The notes below the pieces were generated by a model. That model saw only the letters and a program-made list of their open reading frames with translations. It made no database searches and had not been told where the DNA came from. The position numbers and the translations under genes are program-made. A stretch of DNA of 64,000 nt from Acidobacteriota bacterium (GTDB taxonomy: Bacteria; Acidobacteriota; CAIWXX01), in assembly GCA_016191015.1 (NCBI GenBank), contig JACPPM010000078.1, forward strand, positions 1,887 through 65,886, written 5' to 3'. Shown in pieces: positions 13,211-22,839 of this stretch. How positions within the stretch are numbered: the first letter of the stretch is position 1; each line of letters opens with the position of its first letter.

Positions 13211-13384
13211 CTACTTCTCCGTGTAGTAGATCTTCACGTGAATGATGGCTGTGCTTCCATCGGCGGCCTCGTTCATGCGCACGTTGAACAGATAGACGTA
13301 ATTTGCGTTGTCGAATTTGGCGTTGATCGCCGCGGTGAAGGACTGCCAACTCGGCGATGCCCCCGTGTTGAACTTCATGCTCAT
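13211..13384 (-). CDS. Small hypothetical protein (57 aa) with a strong Shine-Dalgarno site. It is not in the supplied ORF track.
   Basis: Reverse-complement translation: MSMKFNTGASPSWQSFTAAINAKFDNANYVYLFNVRMNEAADGSTAIIHVKIYYTEK*. AAGGAGGTA lies 8 nt upstream of the chosen ATG. An alternative start is two codons upstream at 13390, but its spacing to the SD is too short. Local GC is lower than the surrounding sequence. Confidence 0.45.
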   Translation of the reverse strand: MSMKFNTGASPSWQSFTAAINAKFDNANYVYLFNVRMNEAADGSTAIIHVKIYYTEK

Positions 13385-13534
13385 GATCATTACCTCCTTG
13401 AGCTTTCATGAAGACCGGAAGCCGGCTGTCGTATCCCATGGAGCCCGAAGACCATGGCGACGTGCAAGCCCATCCGACCGCTCCCCCCCACCCACGTCTG
13501 AGACCATGCTTGTCGAGAACAGGGATTAGCTGGC

Positions 13535-15859
13535 CTACTTCACCCTGATCCCGGCGCTCGCGCTCCTTCCCTCCGTGTCGGTCGCTTCGATCGTGTGGGT
13601 GCCTCGGACGAGCGGCCAGAGAACGTTCCGATCGGGGGGCGCCTGGCCGAGGAGGATTCCATCGACCTTCCACGTGATTGCGCCCGCGCGGGCATGGGCT
13701 CGGAGCTCGAGTGACTGGTACTCCGTTCGCAACGTAGGATCGATCAGGTAGATCGCTCCGTCCGGCGGATTCTCGATCAGGAGATCGGAAGAGGCCGAAG
13801 GCGAGGTTCGCAGTTTCGCGGGCCGGATCCCTGCGGGGCGATCGCGAGGGCGATCGGCCGCCCATGCCGCGAACTCGACGGGCCACAGCGTCTCGCTGCC
13901 CTCATCAGACTGAACATGCCACGTACAGACGGGCGGCAGCCGATCGCCGGGGAGCCATTCCCGTTCTACCGACGGACACGACATACCGATCTTCATCCCG
14001 GAAAGGGCGCAGATCCGGACGCGCCTGAGATCATCGGATGGTTCTACGATCGCGTAGCCGTCGGAGGCGGCGGCCGGATAGCGCCCCATCACCCTGAGCT
14101 CCGCAGCCATCATCACGTCGCGGAAGATCGGCCCGGCTCCCATCACCCCCGAAGTCGTGCGAAGCGGGCGGCGGTCGAAGTTCCCCACCCACACCCCTAC
14201 CGTCACTTCGCGGGTGTACCCGAGCGTCCAGTTGTCCGTGTAGCCTTGGGACGTGCCCGTCTTGACCGCCACGGGGAAAGGGAGCTCGAGCGAGCCGCCG
14301 CGGCGGCCGAAGGAGTACGCTCGGGCTCGCGCATCCGCGAGGATGTCGGCGATCCAGAACGCCGTGCGCGGGGAGACGAGTCGTCTGGTAGAGTCGCGGC
14401 CGCCCCCCTGGGACAACAACCAATGCGGGCGCAGATACAGCCCTCCCCGAGCCAGGGCCGAGTAGGCAGCGGTGAGCTCGAAGAGCGGCACTTCGGCATC
14501 GCCGAGAGTGAGCCCGTAACCGTAGAAGTCCGCAGATTTGCCCAGCGTCGAGAACCCGGCGCGCCGCAACAGCTCGAGTGTGCGCGGCACCCCGGCGTAG
14601 GCGAGAGTGCGGACTGCCGGAACGTTTTGCGATCCGGCCAGGGCAACGCGCGCCCGCATGGGGCCACGGAAGACCCCATCGTAGTTGCGGGGGCTGTAGC
14701 TCACGCCCTTCTCGGCCGTCTGGAAATGCGACGGGACATCGGCCAACACCGAGGCCGGCGTCATGCCGAGCTCGAAAGCCGCGGCGTACGTGAACGGCTT
14801 CAAGGCCGAGCCCGGCTGGCGCGGCGTCATCACCCCGTCGATCGCCCCCGAATGCGCGGCATCGAAGTAATCGCCCGATCCCTCCCACGCCAGCACGTCG
14901 CCTGTAGCGTTCCCGATCACGAGCACCGCGACGTTGTACGCACCCTTCGATGACAGGTATCGTCTCTTCGCCGCGATGACCCCGTGCACATCGTGCTGGA
15001 GATCGAGGTCGAGCGTCGTCCGCAGATGCCGGGCCGGCTGTCCAGCGTCGGCGAGAAGCATCTGCACAAAATGAGGCGCCTCGAACGAGGCATCCGCGCT
15101 CTTGAGCGCCAGGCGCTCGTGACGCGCCTCGTCGTAGGCGTCGTCATCGAGAAACCTCAGCACGCGCATCCGACCCAGCACCCACCGCTGGCGCTCCACG
15201 GCCCCCTCCAGGTTTCTGTACGGATCGAGGACCGATGGACGCTGCGGGAGACCCGCCAGCAAAGCCGCCTGCGCCGGTGTCAAATTCTCCGGTGCCGTGC
15301 CGAAGTACCCGCGTGATGCAGCGTCGACTCCCGCGTACTGGTTTCCGTAGGGAGCAAGGTTCAGATACAGCGCCAGGATCTGAGGCTTCGTCACGCTGTG
15401 CTCCAAGCGCAAGGCCAACACGATCTCGCGCAGCTTTCCCCCGATCGTTCGCCGCCGGTCCGTCAGCTGCTTCACGACCTGCTGCGTGATCGTGGAGCCC
15501 CCCGATACGATTCGGCCGGCGCGCAGGTTTGACCACATCGCGCGCAGGAGCGCCACGGGATCGACGCCCGGATGACGGTAGAACCGGCTGTCTTCGGCGG
15601 CGATTGTTGCGTTCATGAGATGAGGAGGAAGCTGATCGCCGTGCAGCCAGCGGCTGCGCATCTCTCGTGCCGACAGTGCCTCGTAGAGCACGCGGCCATG
15701 GCGATCGGTCACGAGAACGGACTGGTGGTCGGACGGCTCGAGCAGGCCCGGCGGCAGCGGCCCGCATCGGACCCATAGCCAGAGCCCAACCGGCAATGCG
15801 CACGCCGCAGTCCAGATCGCTGCCCGCCGGAAACCCCGTCTCAACCATCGCTCTCTCAC
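13535..15859 (-). CDS. pbpC: Penicillin-binding protein 1C (bifunctional transglycosylase/transpeptidase)
   Basis: 774 aa. GT51 motifs (EDSRFYRHPGVDP, GGSTITQQVVK). A transpeptidase domain and a PbpC C-terminal domain. It lies immediately downstream of the alpha-2-macroglobulin gene, the known A2M/PBP1C pairing. Confidence 0.85.
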   Translation of the reverse strand: MRERWLRRGFRRAAIWTAACALPVGLWLWVRCGPLPPGLLEPSDHQSVLVTDRHGRVLYEALSAREMRSRWLHGDQLPPHLMNATIAAEDSRFYRHPGVDPVALLRAMWSNLRAGRIVSGGSTITQQVVKQLTDRRRTIGGKLREIVLALRLEHSVTKPQILALYLNLAPYGNQYAGVDAASRGYFGTAPENLTPAQAALLAGLPQRPSVLDPYRNLEGAVERQRWVLGRMRVLRFLDDDAYDEARHERLALKSADASFEAPHFVQMLLADAGQPARHLRTTLDLDLQHDVHGVIAAKRRYLSSKGAYNVAVLVIGNATGDVLAWEGSGDYFDAAHSGAIDGVMTPRQPGSALKPFTYAAAFELGMTPASVLADVPSHFQTAEKGVSYSPRNYDGVFRGPMRARVALAGSQNVPAVRTLAYAGVPRTLELLRRAGFSTLGKSADFYGYGLTLGDAEVPLFELTAAYSALARGGLYLRPHWLLSQGGGRDSTRRLVSPRTAFWIADILADARARAYSFGRRGGSLELPFPVAVKTGTSQGYTDNWTLGYTREVTVGVWVGNFDRRPLRTTSGVMGAGPIFRDVMMAAELRVMGRYPAAASDGYAIVEPSDDLRRVRICALSGMKIGMSCPSVEREWLPGDRLPPVCTWHVQSDEGSETLWPVEFAAWAADRPRDRPAGIRPAKLRTSPSASSDLLIENPPDGAIYLIDPTLRTEYQSLELRAHARAGAITWKVDGILLGQAPPDRNVLWPLVRGTHTIEATDTEGRSASAGIRVK

Positions 15860-15947
15860 TTTCGCGGTCCCCTCACCGATCAGGTGGTCCCCCGTTTTGC
15901 ATTTTGGATTTTGCGTTGCAGGGCAAACCCCCGCGTTACATCCACTC

Positions 15948-18900
15948 CTATTTCTTCACCTCGAGCACCGTCTCCGCCGTGCGCCCGTGAACCTCCGGCT
16001 CGTACATTTCCTCGGCCCGCGCTGGAGCTACCCGGAACGATCCCGCCGTTGTCGCGCGGCAGACATACGTGAAGGTGTGGCGGCCTTGCGAGAGACGAGT
16101 CGCGAAGAGCAGCACGCGGTCATCATGCCTTTCGACGTGATCGAACCCTCCGCGTTCCCACCACTCCCACCACGAGCCTCCCGCCGACCATTCATTCGCA
16201 CTGCTGGCCAGGTCCTGCCTGGTCGTAGCGAACCACGACTCGACCGCCTCCAGACCCGCCGGCACCGGGTCGGTCACCGCCACCCAACGCCGCTCCTTCG
16301 ACAGCGTGAAGGTCAGGGTCACCTGGACTAGATCTCCGGCGTTAAAGGTTGTCGCGGATTCTGCCGCTCCCTGGCGCGCATAGCTTCGCTCGACCTTGAA
16401 CCCCGCATCGAGGGGGTCGCGAATCGGATCCGCCGATGCGTAGGTAAAGCGTGCCTTGTAGAAAAGCGTGCCGGTCCCCTGGCGCTCGAACGTCAGCGGG
16501 AGCGACTGTCCCGGCGCGCCGCCGGCAAGGAGAGTCTCCATCGACTGCCCGCCGATGCGGGCCTTCGTGTCGCGGCCCTTGAACGTCTCCTTCATGAGGG
16601 AGTGCGCGCCGAGCGAGACGATGGCGGTGAAATCCGGGTCCTCGGCCTCGTACTTTACATAGTAGTCGATCAGGGATGACATCGCCCAGGCGTTTTCCTG
16701 CGTGTTCTCCCAACGCCCCTCTTTCTGAGCCTGCATCAGCCACCGCACGAGGGCCGTGATCGTCGACGGATCGCCGCCGTTGCGGACGAGGGAGCCCAGT
16801 GCGATCGCAGAAGAGCGCGCCGTCGTATTCCAGAACCAGAGCAGATATGGATCCTGGAGCTCCTCGACGTGCGCCGACCCACCCTCGGGGAGAATCGCGT
16901 TCATAACGCGCCGTTTCACGTCATCGAGGCGCCGGCCCGAGCCCCCTCTGGCCGCCATGGCGTCCCAGAGGTGGCACAGACCGAACACGGGCATTCTGGC
17001 GCGCAGCTCATAGAGCCGCGTGATGTGGCTGTCGACGTTCTTGCCGCCTTCGGCCAGCACTTTCACCGCGAACGCCTGCCATGCCAGATATCCCATCAGC
17101 AGCCGTTCCTCGGGTTTCTCCGTCTGGTTCATTTCATTCTCGAGATAGTCGCGGGCAGCGCTGAGGACTTGAGGGGAGACCTTGTATCTGAGCGTCACGG
17201 CTCGCTGCATGACATACAAGACATAACTCGTCAGATACGGACTGCTGTGGGCGCACGAACCCTTCCAGAATGAGAAACCGCCGGCACATTGGAATGTTTC
17301 GAGCTCCTCCAGCGTCTCCTGCACGATGCGGCGCAACTCGTCGGGCTTGATTTCGGGGATCTGGAAGGCTCCGCCAAGGTCGGCGGCGAGCATGAGGGCG
17401 AGCGCCGCCGACGCCCTCTGCTCGACGCATCCATACGGGTACTCGATCACGTATCGCGCGCCTTCTCCGAGTCCCACCATCGCGGTCGATGCAAGCTCGA
17501 CATGGAGCCCGCCCACTCCCGCAACCGGGTTCGCCGGCAGTACGAGTTTCTCGGCTGCCGCAGGGGCGGCCGTCCCATACGCCGCCACGGTCTCGGGAGT
17601 CTGCACCAGCCGCACGGGCAGCGACGTCTCGAAGCTGTCATCCTCGCCCAGCAGCTTTGTCGACATCACGATCCCCGCCTCACCCACCGCTTTCGCGTCG
17701 ATGTCGAAGCGTACCTCCGCGACACCATTCGCCGCGGTTTCGACCGTCTTCGTCGCGGCGCCGGTGACGGCCAGGATCGCTGGATTCAGGCTCTTCATTG
17801 TCACGATCGCCGGACCAGCTTCCTTCAGCAGACTGTGGACGACTGCTCCGAAATGCGCCTTGTCCCCCATGGTCAGGAAGCGCGGGAACGCCGGCCGGAG
17901 CTGAACCGGCTTGCTGAGCCTGATCTCGCGCTGAGCCCATCCGAACCGGTGTGCCTTGTCGTTGACAACGGCCATGATGCGATATGTCGTGAGCGCGTCG
18001 GGCAGTTTCTGAGTCACTTGAAGCCGCCCTTGAGCGTCTGTGGCGGCCGAGCCGAGCCAGAAGGCGAGCACCCGGAAGTCCTTGCGCACCTTGTTCTCTG
18101 GACCCTCTTCGTATCCACCTCCACCGCCTTCATCCGCACCCTTGGGCGTGATCACCCGACGACTCACGATTCTCTGTCGCGAATCAGACGTCAACACCTG
18201 CAGCGCCTTCTCCACATAGACGGAGGGAAGCACGTCCGGTGTCTTGTAGCCCGTCAGGCTCAGCACACCGTAGTCGACCGCCCAGAGCGTGACTTCGCTC
18301 GCAGAAGGCTTCCCGTCGCGATCCTTCACCTGCGCTGTGATTGTCGCCTCCTCGGCCGGCCGGAACTCTTCCTTGTTCGTGGCCAGCTCGACTGATAGCC
18401 GCTTCGATCCGTTGTCGACCGAAAGCTCGGTATACCCGACCCTGAACGCCGGCTTGCCAGGGTCGCTCCCGTCCTTCTCGATCGTCGAGCTCGTGCGCCC
18501 TTTCACCAGCAACACCGAAACGTAGATATTTGGGATGTCCGATTCGGTGATGGGCACTTCCAAGGTCTGTTGGGAGGAGGTGAGTTGGAGCTCGCGATGG
18601 CTCCGGATCCCTTCACGCTCGACAGTCAGCAGCGCCGTGGCGCTCTCCCAGGGCGACTTGACCATGATCCGCGCCGTCTCCCCCGGTCTGTATGTCTTCC
18701 GCTCAGGAACGAGATCGATCCGGTTGTGATCGTACCGCTCCCAGGCCGTGTAACCCGAACCGATCGCATAGAAGTCGGCTGTCGTGGTGGTGCTCCGCCC
18801 TTCGCCGTCGGTCGCTTCGAGGACGAGTATGAAGTAACCGCCGCCATCGAGTGGGATCGCCAGAGGCAGCGGCGCGGTACCGGTCGTGATCCGCCCTGTC

Positions 18901-21794
18901 CATCTCTCGATCTCGATTCGCTTCGTCTCCCACGTATAGAAACCATGGCCCTCGGCTCGCCGCACGCTGTTCCATTGAACCTGCTTCAGCGTCGCCTTCA
19001 CCGGAACGCCGGCAACGGCATCGCCGCTCGGCGACACGGCCACGATCTCGGTCTTCAGCCCGCCCTGCGATTCGATGAGGTACCCGGTGCGTTTGACCCC
19101 GATGTACCATGGGGCCGGATGCACGGCCATCGAGGCCCGCCCGGCGAGCGCCTGGCGCGAAACGTCGGTGACCTCGCCTTCGATCGTGTAGGAATAGGGC
19201 TGGCCCGCGGCAGGATCGGTGCTCAGATCGAGGCTCGCGGTCCCGTCGGGGCCGAGCGCCAGCTCCTTCTGGAAAATCGCCCCCTCGGGCGGTCTTCCTC
19301 CGCTCTCCCACGCTTCCCGGAGAAAGACGAACCGCTCAGCCGGGAAATGCTCGCGCACGGCCGAGGGGACATCGTTCAGCCACTGCTTCGAATACGAGAT
19401 TGCCACCGGGCGGCCGGCCATGGCCGCGCCGAAGAGGTAGCGGCCGGACACCACGCCCTTGAGCGTCGCACCGGCGACGTCGTCGGCTCCTCCGATTGTC
19501 GCTTCCACGCGAAAATCAGGCTTGCGGTAGGCTGCCACCAGGAGCTCTCCAAAGACACTCGACGCTTCATCCTTGCCGAGCCACGCCTGGAGTGAGTAGC
19601 CGCCGAGCGCACCGTTTTGCGGGAGTCTGACGACCCAATCAGCAGAGCTCCACTCCGAGAGCACCAGCTGCCGCCTATCGATCTCCTTGTCGTTTGTATC
19701 CGTCATCACCACGGTGATCGTCCCACCGGATGGCAGGAGCCTCATCCCGTCGGCGGTGTCGTGACGAAGAATCGCCTTGAGATGAACCTCTTCGCCAAGC
19801 TTGTAGACGCCTCGGTCGGCGAAAACAGTGCCCCGCAAGACCGGCTTCGCCTCGTCGGTACGGTAGTCGTAGCCGAAATCGCCCGCCTGAACGCCCTCGT
19901 TCCAATCGCTGCACAGATAGGCAAAATCATCTCCCTTGCTGGCCGTGACGACGAAGGCGAGCGTCCAGGGTATTTCCCAGGAATCCAGCTTGGTGCGCAG
20001 ACGCATGTCGGTGGATGGAGCGAGGGCCACGCCTTTGGCGTCTGTCACGCCGCGCCAGAAGACCTTGTTATCAAGCGTCCTGATGGCCACCTCAGCGCCC
20101 TCTACAGGAGCGGCGTCATCAAGGCGCGTCACCATGATGAGGGTGTTGGCGGGGCTGTCCTTCACGCTGATCCCGAGGTTAGTGACCTGGATCAGGCTCC
20201 CGAACGCTTCTTGCTGGATCGACGCCGCATCCTGAATCGCCTCCTCGGGCGCGAGCGCGGCCCAGACGAGGCCTGTGCCCGCAGGGGACAGGACCGGAGA
20301 CAGCCGCAGGCCGAAGTTTTGAATCTCGTCAGGCATCGGTTCCAGATTTCGAATCGTCGGCTCGATGGACCCCGGCAGTTCTTCTCCGCCGACATACTTG
20401 ACTGTGCCATCGGGCTTGATCACGTGCCCCCAGAACTTCATGATGGCCGGCACAAGGTCCTCGACCCCGATGGGAGCGAGCCACTGACGGACGGATGCGA
20501 GGTTGCGGGCGTAGAAGGGGAGCTGCGGCCCGCCGGAGACCTCCCACACGCCATGCCCTGTCCCGAAGCTTGCGAACGCTCGTTCGTGGATGAAGGCGAC
20601 CTGGCCGTACCAGTTGTACCCTAACGTCTGGCCGTCGGATGCCTGGAGGGTTCTGTCCACCTTGACCACATACGTTCTGGCCGGTTTGATTGCGACGCCG
20701 AGCCAATCGAGGCTGAAGAAGGATCGTTCGGCATCCTGTTCGAGCCACGACTCTCCGCGCTCTTCGGCTCCCTCAACCCTCCGGGGGAGAGTGACTTCGG
20801 CCCCGGGGTCGGTCACGTCAATGACCGTCGCATGAGACACCACGTCGACGGATTTGACGGCTCCCTCGAAACTGATCGAAGTGTAGTCATCCGATGAACA
20901 GCGATTCATGCAGGATAGGCCTGTGACAAAGAGGGCTGGAGCCATCTTGAGGGTGTAAGTCTGGATCGAGCCGGGTGTTTGGCGGCCACCGAGTCCGGGG
21001 AGCGACTCATCGAATTCAGCGCGGATCCATGACTCCGGGGGCGGCGGATCGCGGGTTTCGAGCACCAGGAGGGTGGGCTCGGGCTTGTATCGATTCCTGT
21101 CCCAGTCCGAGGCGATCGTGAAGGGGACTGAGGCGATGGAGGCGGCAGCGCGCGCCGTGTCCCCGACCTTTTCCACGAAGTCGATGTAGGCGCCGGGATC
21201 GATTGAAGCCATGCGCTTCATCATCTCGTCCTGGAATTTCGGCGGCGTCCAGGCGTGGAGCTCATAGCGGAAGTGCAGGTGCCGGATCAGAGCCTCCGGC
21301 GAGATCGGCTGGTTGAAATTGAATATGAGGATTGCAGGTGAATCGACGCGCTGGTTCTTCCTGTAGTGGTCGGCGCGGACAAGCCTCACCGTAGGGGTGG
21401 TGAAGCTAAAGAGATACGGAGAACCGAGGCGTCGCCCATCGATCGAGGCCGCGGCGGCATCAACCGTCACCGTATACTTTGTGCCAAATGGAAGCGGGCT
21501 TGTGCTCTCGGGTGTGAAGATGAGCAGTTTCGTGCCGGACCAGTGGAAACGTCCGCTGACCGGCGGATCGATCCGCACAAACGACGCAGTGGCATCGCCC
21601 GCTGCCGCGCTCAGCGCCACCATCGGATCCGAAAACTGGATGCGGATTTCGTTGGCCTCTTCGAGGCGCGCGATCTCCCCTTCCGGCCCGGCCTGCGTCA
21701 CGGAGAGCGGTGTGGCCGAGTGAGAAGCGGGCATCCCGGGAAGGAGGATCATCAGGCCAAAAAGGAACGGAACACGAACACGGCGCGTATTCAC
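15948..21794 (-). CDS. Bacterial alpha-2-macroglobulin family protein (YfhM-like) with a thioester motif
   Basis: About 1950 aa. The thioester CxEQ motif is present (EYPYGCVEQRASA). Start reassigned to a GTG (VNTRRVRVPFLFGLMILLPGMPASHSA|TP signal peptide) with AAGGGGG 7 nt upstream. The ORF-track Met at 21881 lies further 5'. Confidence 0.8.
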   Translation of the reverse strand: MNTRRVRVPFLFGLMILLPGMPASHSATPLSVTQAGPEGEIARLEEANEIRIQFSDPMVALSAAAGDATASFVRIDPPVSGRFHWSGTKLLIFTPESTSPLPFGTKYTVTVDAAAASIDGRRLGSPYLFSFTTPTVRLVRADHYRKNQRVDSPAILIFNFNQPISPEALIRHLHFRYELHAWTPPKFQDEMMKRMASIDPGAYIDFVEKVGDTARAAASIASVPFTIASDWDRNRYKPEPTLLVLETRDPPPPESWIRAEFDESLPGLGGRQTPGSIQTYTLKMAPALFVTGLSCMNRCSSDDYTSISFEGAVKSVDVVSHATVIDVTDPGAEVTLPRRVEGAEERGESWLEQDAERSFFSLDWLGVAIKPARTYVVKVDRTLQASDGQTLGYNWYGQVAFIHERAFASFGTGHGVWEVSGGPQLPFYARNLASVRQWLAPIGVEDLVPAIMKFWGHVIKPDGTVKYVGGEELPGSIEPTIRNLEPMPDEIQNFGLRLSPVLSPAGTGLVWAALAPEEAIQDAASIQQEAFGSLIQVTNLGISVKDSPANTLIMVTRLDDAAPVEGAEVAIRTLDNKVFWRGVTDAKGVALAPSTDMRLRTKLDSWEIPWTLAFVVTASKGDDFAYLCSDWNEGVQAGDFGYDYRTDEAKPVLRGTVFADRGVYKLGEEVHLKAILRHDTADGMRLLPSGGTITVVMTDTNDKEIDRRQLVLSEWSSADWVVRLPQNGALGGYSLQAWLGKDEASSVFGELLVAAYRKPDFRVEATIGGADDVAGATLKGVVSGRYLFGAAMAGRPVAISYSKQWLNDVPSAVREHFPAERFVFLREAWESGGRPPEGAIFQKELALGPDGTASLDLSTDPAAGQPYSYTIEGEVTDVSRQALAGRASMAVHPAPWYIGVKRTGYLIESQGGLKTEIVAVSPSGDAVAGVPVKATLKQVQWNSVRRAEGHGFYTWETKRIEIERWTGRITTGTAPLPLAIPLDGGGYFILVLEATDGEGRSTTTTADFYAIGSGYTAWERYDHNRIDLVPERKTYRPGETARIMVKSPWESATALLTVEREGIRSHRELQLTSSQQTLEVPITESDIPNIYVSVLLVKGRTSSTIEKDGSDPGKPAFRVGYTELSVDNGSKRLSVELATNKEEFRPAEEATITAQVKDRDGKPSASEVTLWAVDYGVLSLTGYKTPDVLPSVYVEKALQVLTSDSRQRIVSRRVITPKGADEGGGGGYEEGPENKVRKDFRVLAFWLGSAATDAQGRLQVTQKLPDALTTYRIMAVVNDKAHRFGWAQREIRLSKPVQLRPAFPRFLTMGDKAHFGAVVHSLLKEAGPAIVTMKSLNPAILAVTGAATKTVETAANGVAEVRFDIDAKAVGEAGIVMSTKLLGEDDSFETSLPVRLVQTPETVAAYGTAAPAAAEKLVLPANPVAGVGGLHVELASTAMVGLGEGARYVIEYPYGCVEQRASAALALMLAADLGGAFQIPEIKPDELRRIVQETLEELETFQCAGGFSFWKGSCAHSSPYLTSYVLYVMQRAVTLRYKVSPQVLSAARDYLENEMNQTEKPEERLLMGYLAWQAFAVKVLAEGGKNVDSHITRLYELRARMPVFGLCHLWDAMAARGGSGRRLDDVKRRVMNAILPEGGSAHVEELQDPYLLWFWNTTARSSAIALGSLVRNGGDPSTITALVRWLMQAQKEGRWENTQENAWAMSSLIDYYVKYEAEDPDFTAIVSLGAHSLMKETFKGRDTKARIGGQSMETLLAGGAPGQSLPLTFERQGTGTLFYKARFTYASADPIRDPLDAGFKVERSYARQGAAESATTFNAGDLVQVTLTFTLSKERRWVAVTDPVPAGLEAVESWFATTRQDLASSANEWSAGGSWWEWWERGGFDHVERHDDRVLLFATRLSQGRHTFTYVCRATTAGSFRVAPARAEEMYEPEVHGRTAETVLEVKK

Positions 21795-21901
21795 AAGACG
21801 CCCCCTTTGAAGAATGCGGAAAGTAGGACACCGAAGAAGCACAGTAGTCTCAGCGTAGCACACGGCTTCTGAGGGCGGCAAACCCCAACGCGGCTTCGCC
21901 C

Positions 21902-22112
21902 AAGGCTACGGCAAAGTCCCGGAACCCGCAGATTTCACAGATTGACTCGCAGATGTCGCCGATTGCTTCGCGCCGACCCGAGAGTGAGGAGCAAGTTGCT
22001 CGTCGGTTGAATGCTGGAAGAATCTGCGTAATCTGCGCGGAAATCCGTGCCATCTGCGGTTTCGCACGGAACGGCCTCGCCCGAGTCGGCGCCTCGACTT
22101 TGCCGCAGCCCC
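21902..22112. mobile_element. MITE-like 212-bp element, copy A, in the divergent promoter region between the A2M gene and the histidine phosphatase gene
   Basis: Termini aaggctacggcaaagtc ... gactttgccgcagcccc. Internal (c)gcagat-type motifs. A long imperfect palindrome. It generates the spurious ORFs 21953..22159(+), 21906..22322(-) and the start of 21850..22575(-). Confidence 0.7.
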
Positions 22113-22194
22113 GGCTCCCGGGGGGTTGGTTTGAAGCGGCGCGGCTGTTTCTGTTATAAAGTACGATTCGATCGGCGTATGAGGGCGAGGATGT

Positions 22195-22839
22195 ATGGTG
22201 TTGTACCTGATCAGACACGGGGAGACAGATTTCAACGCGGGTAATCTTGTCCAGGGGTGGACCGAGTCGGAGCTGAACGCGACGGGCCGGTGGCAGGCCG
22301 AGATGCTGGCAAAGAGACTCACTCAACCAGACGAGCGGCCGACGGCGATCTACTGTTCCCCGCAGAGCCGGGCGGCGGAAACGGCTCGCCCCACCGCAGA
22401 GGCGCTCGGCCTCCAGCCCGTCTACGACGACGCGCTGATGGAGATGCGGTGCGGGGATTGGGAGGGGCTGAACTTCGACCAGATCAAGCATGAGCGCCGT
22501 GATGAGTTCCATGCGTGGGCAAGGTCGGCGGATAGCTGTATTCCTGGCGGCGGAGAGAGCATTCGAGATCTCCACCGCCGCGCTTCGAAGTCCGCGGATC
22601 GAATCATCTCCTCACACCCGGACGGGTCCCGGATTGCGATTTTCACGCACGGAGGAGTCAACCGGGTCCTGATGGCGCATTTTCTAGGGATCGATCTCCA
22701 GGTGTCGCGCCGCTGCCACCAGGATAACGCATCGATCAGCCTCTTCGTCCGCCGTCTGGACATGTTTTTCATGGACCGCTGGAACGACATTTCACATCTC
22801 GTGAGCGGCACCGACGGCCGCCCGCTGTCGCAGAAATGA
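22195..22839 (+). CDS. Histidine phosphatase family protein (phosphoglycerate mutase-like)
   Basis: The N-terminal motif LYLIRHGETDFN places it in the histidine phosphatase family. A catalytic-His region follows (IFTHGG). Confidence 0.75.
   Translation: MVLYLIRHGETDFNAGNLVQGWTESELNATGRWQAEMLAKRLTQPDERPTAIYCSPQSRAAETARPTAEALGLQPVYDDALMEMRCGDWEGLNFDQIKHERRDEFHAWARSADSCIPGGGESIRDLHRRASKSADRIISSHPDGSRIAIFTHGGVNRVLMAHFLGIDLQVSRRCHQDNASISLFVRRLDMFFMDRWNDISHLVSGTDGRPLSQK

Noticed and set aside
13101-15848. ORFs 13101..13886, 13916..14953, 14031..14888 and 15144..15848 overlap pbpC in other frames.
   Set aside because: They are entirely embedded in the confidently identified PBP1C coding sequence. 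The products are Arg/Gly/Pro-rich and low-complexity.
21953-22159. Short ORFs inside the MITE copies (21953..22159, 39570..39833, 39686..39922, 52610..52900, 44162..44407). The Met-extended N-termini of ORFs 5597, 42306 (at 44276) and 39310 fall in the same group.
   Set aside because: They all derive from the palindromic repeat. The peptides are copies of each other in different frames and orientations, and they have no RBS or domains.
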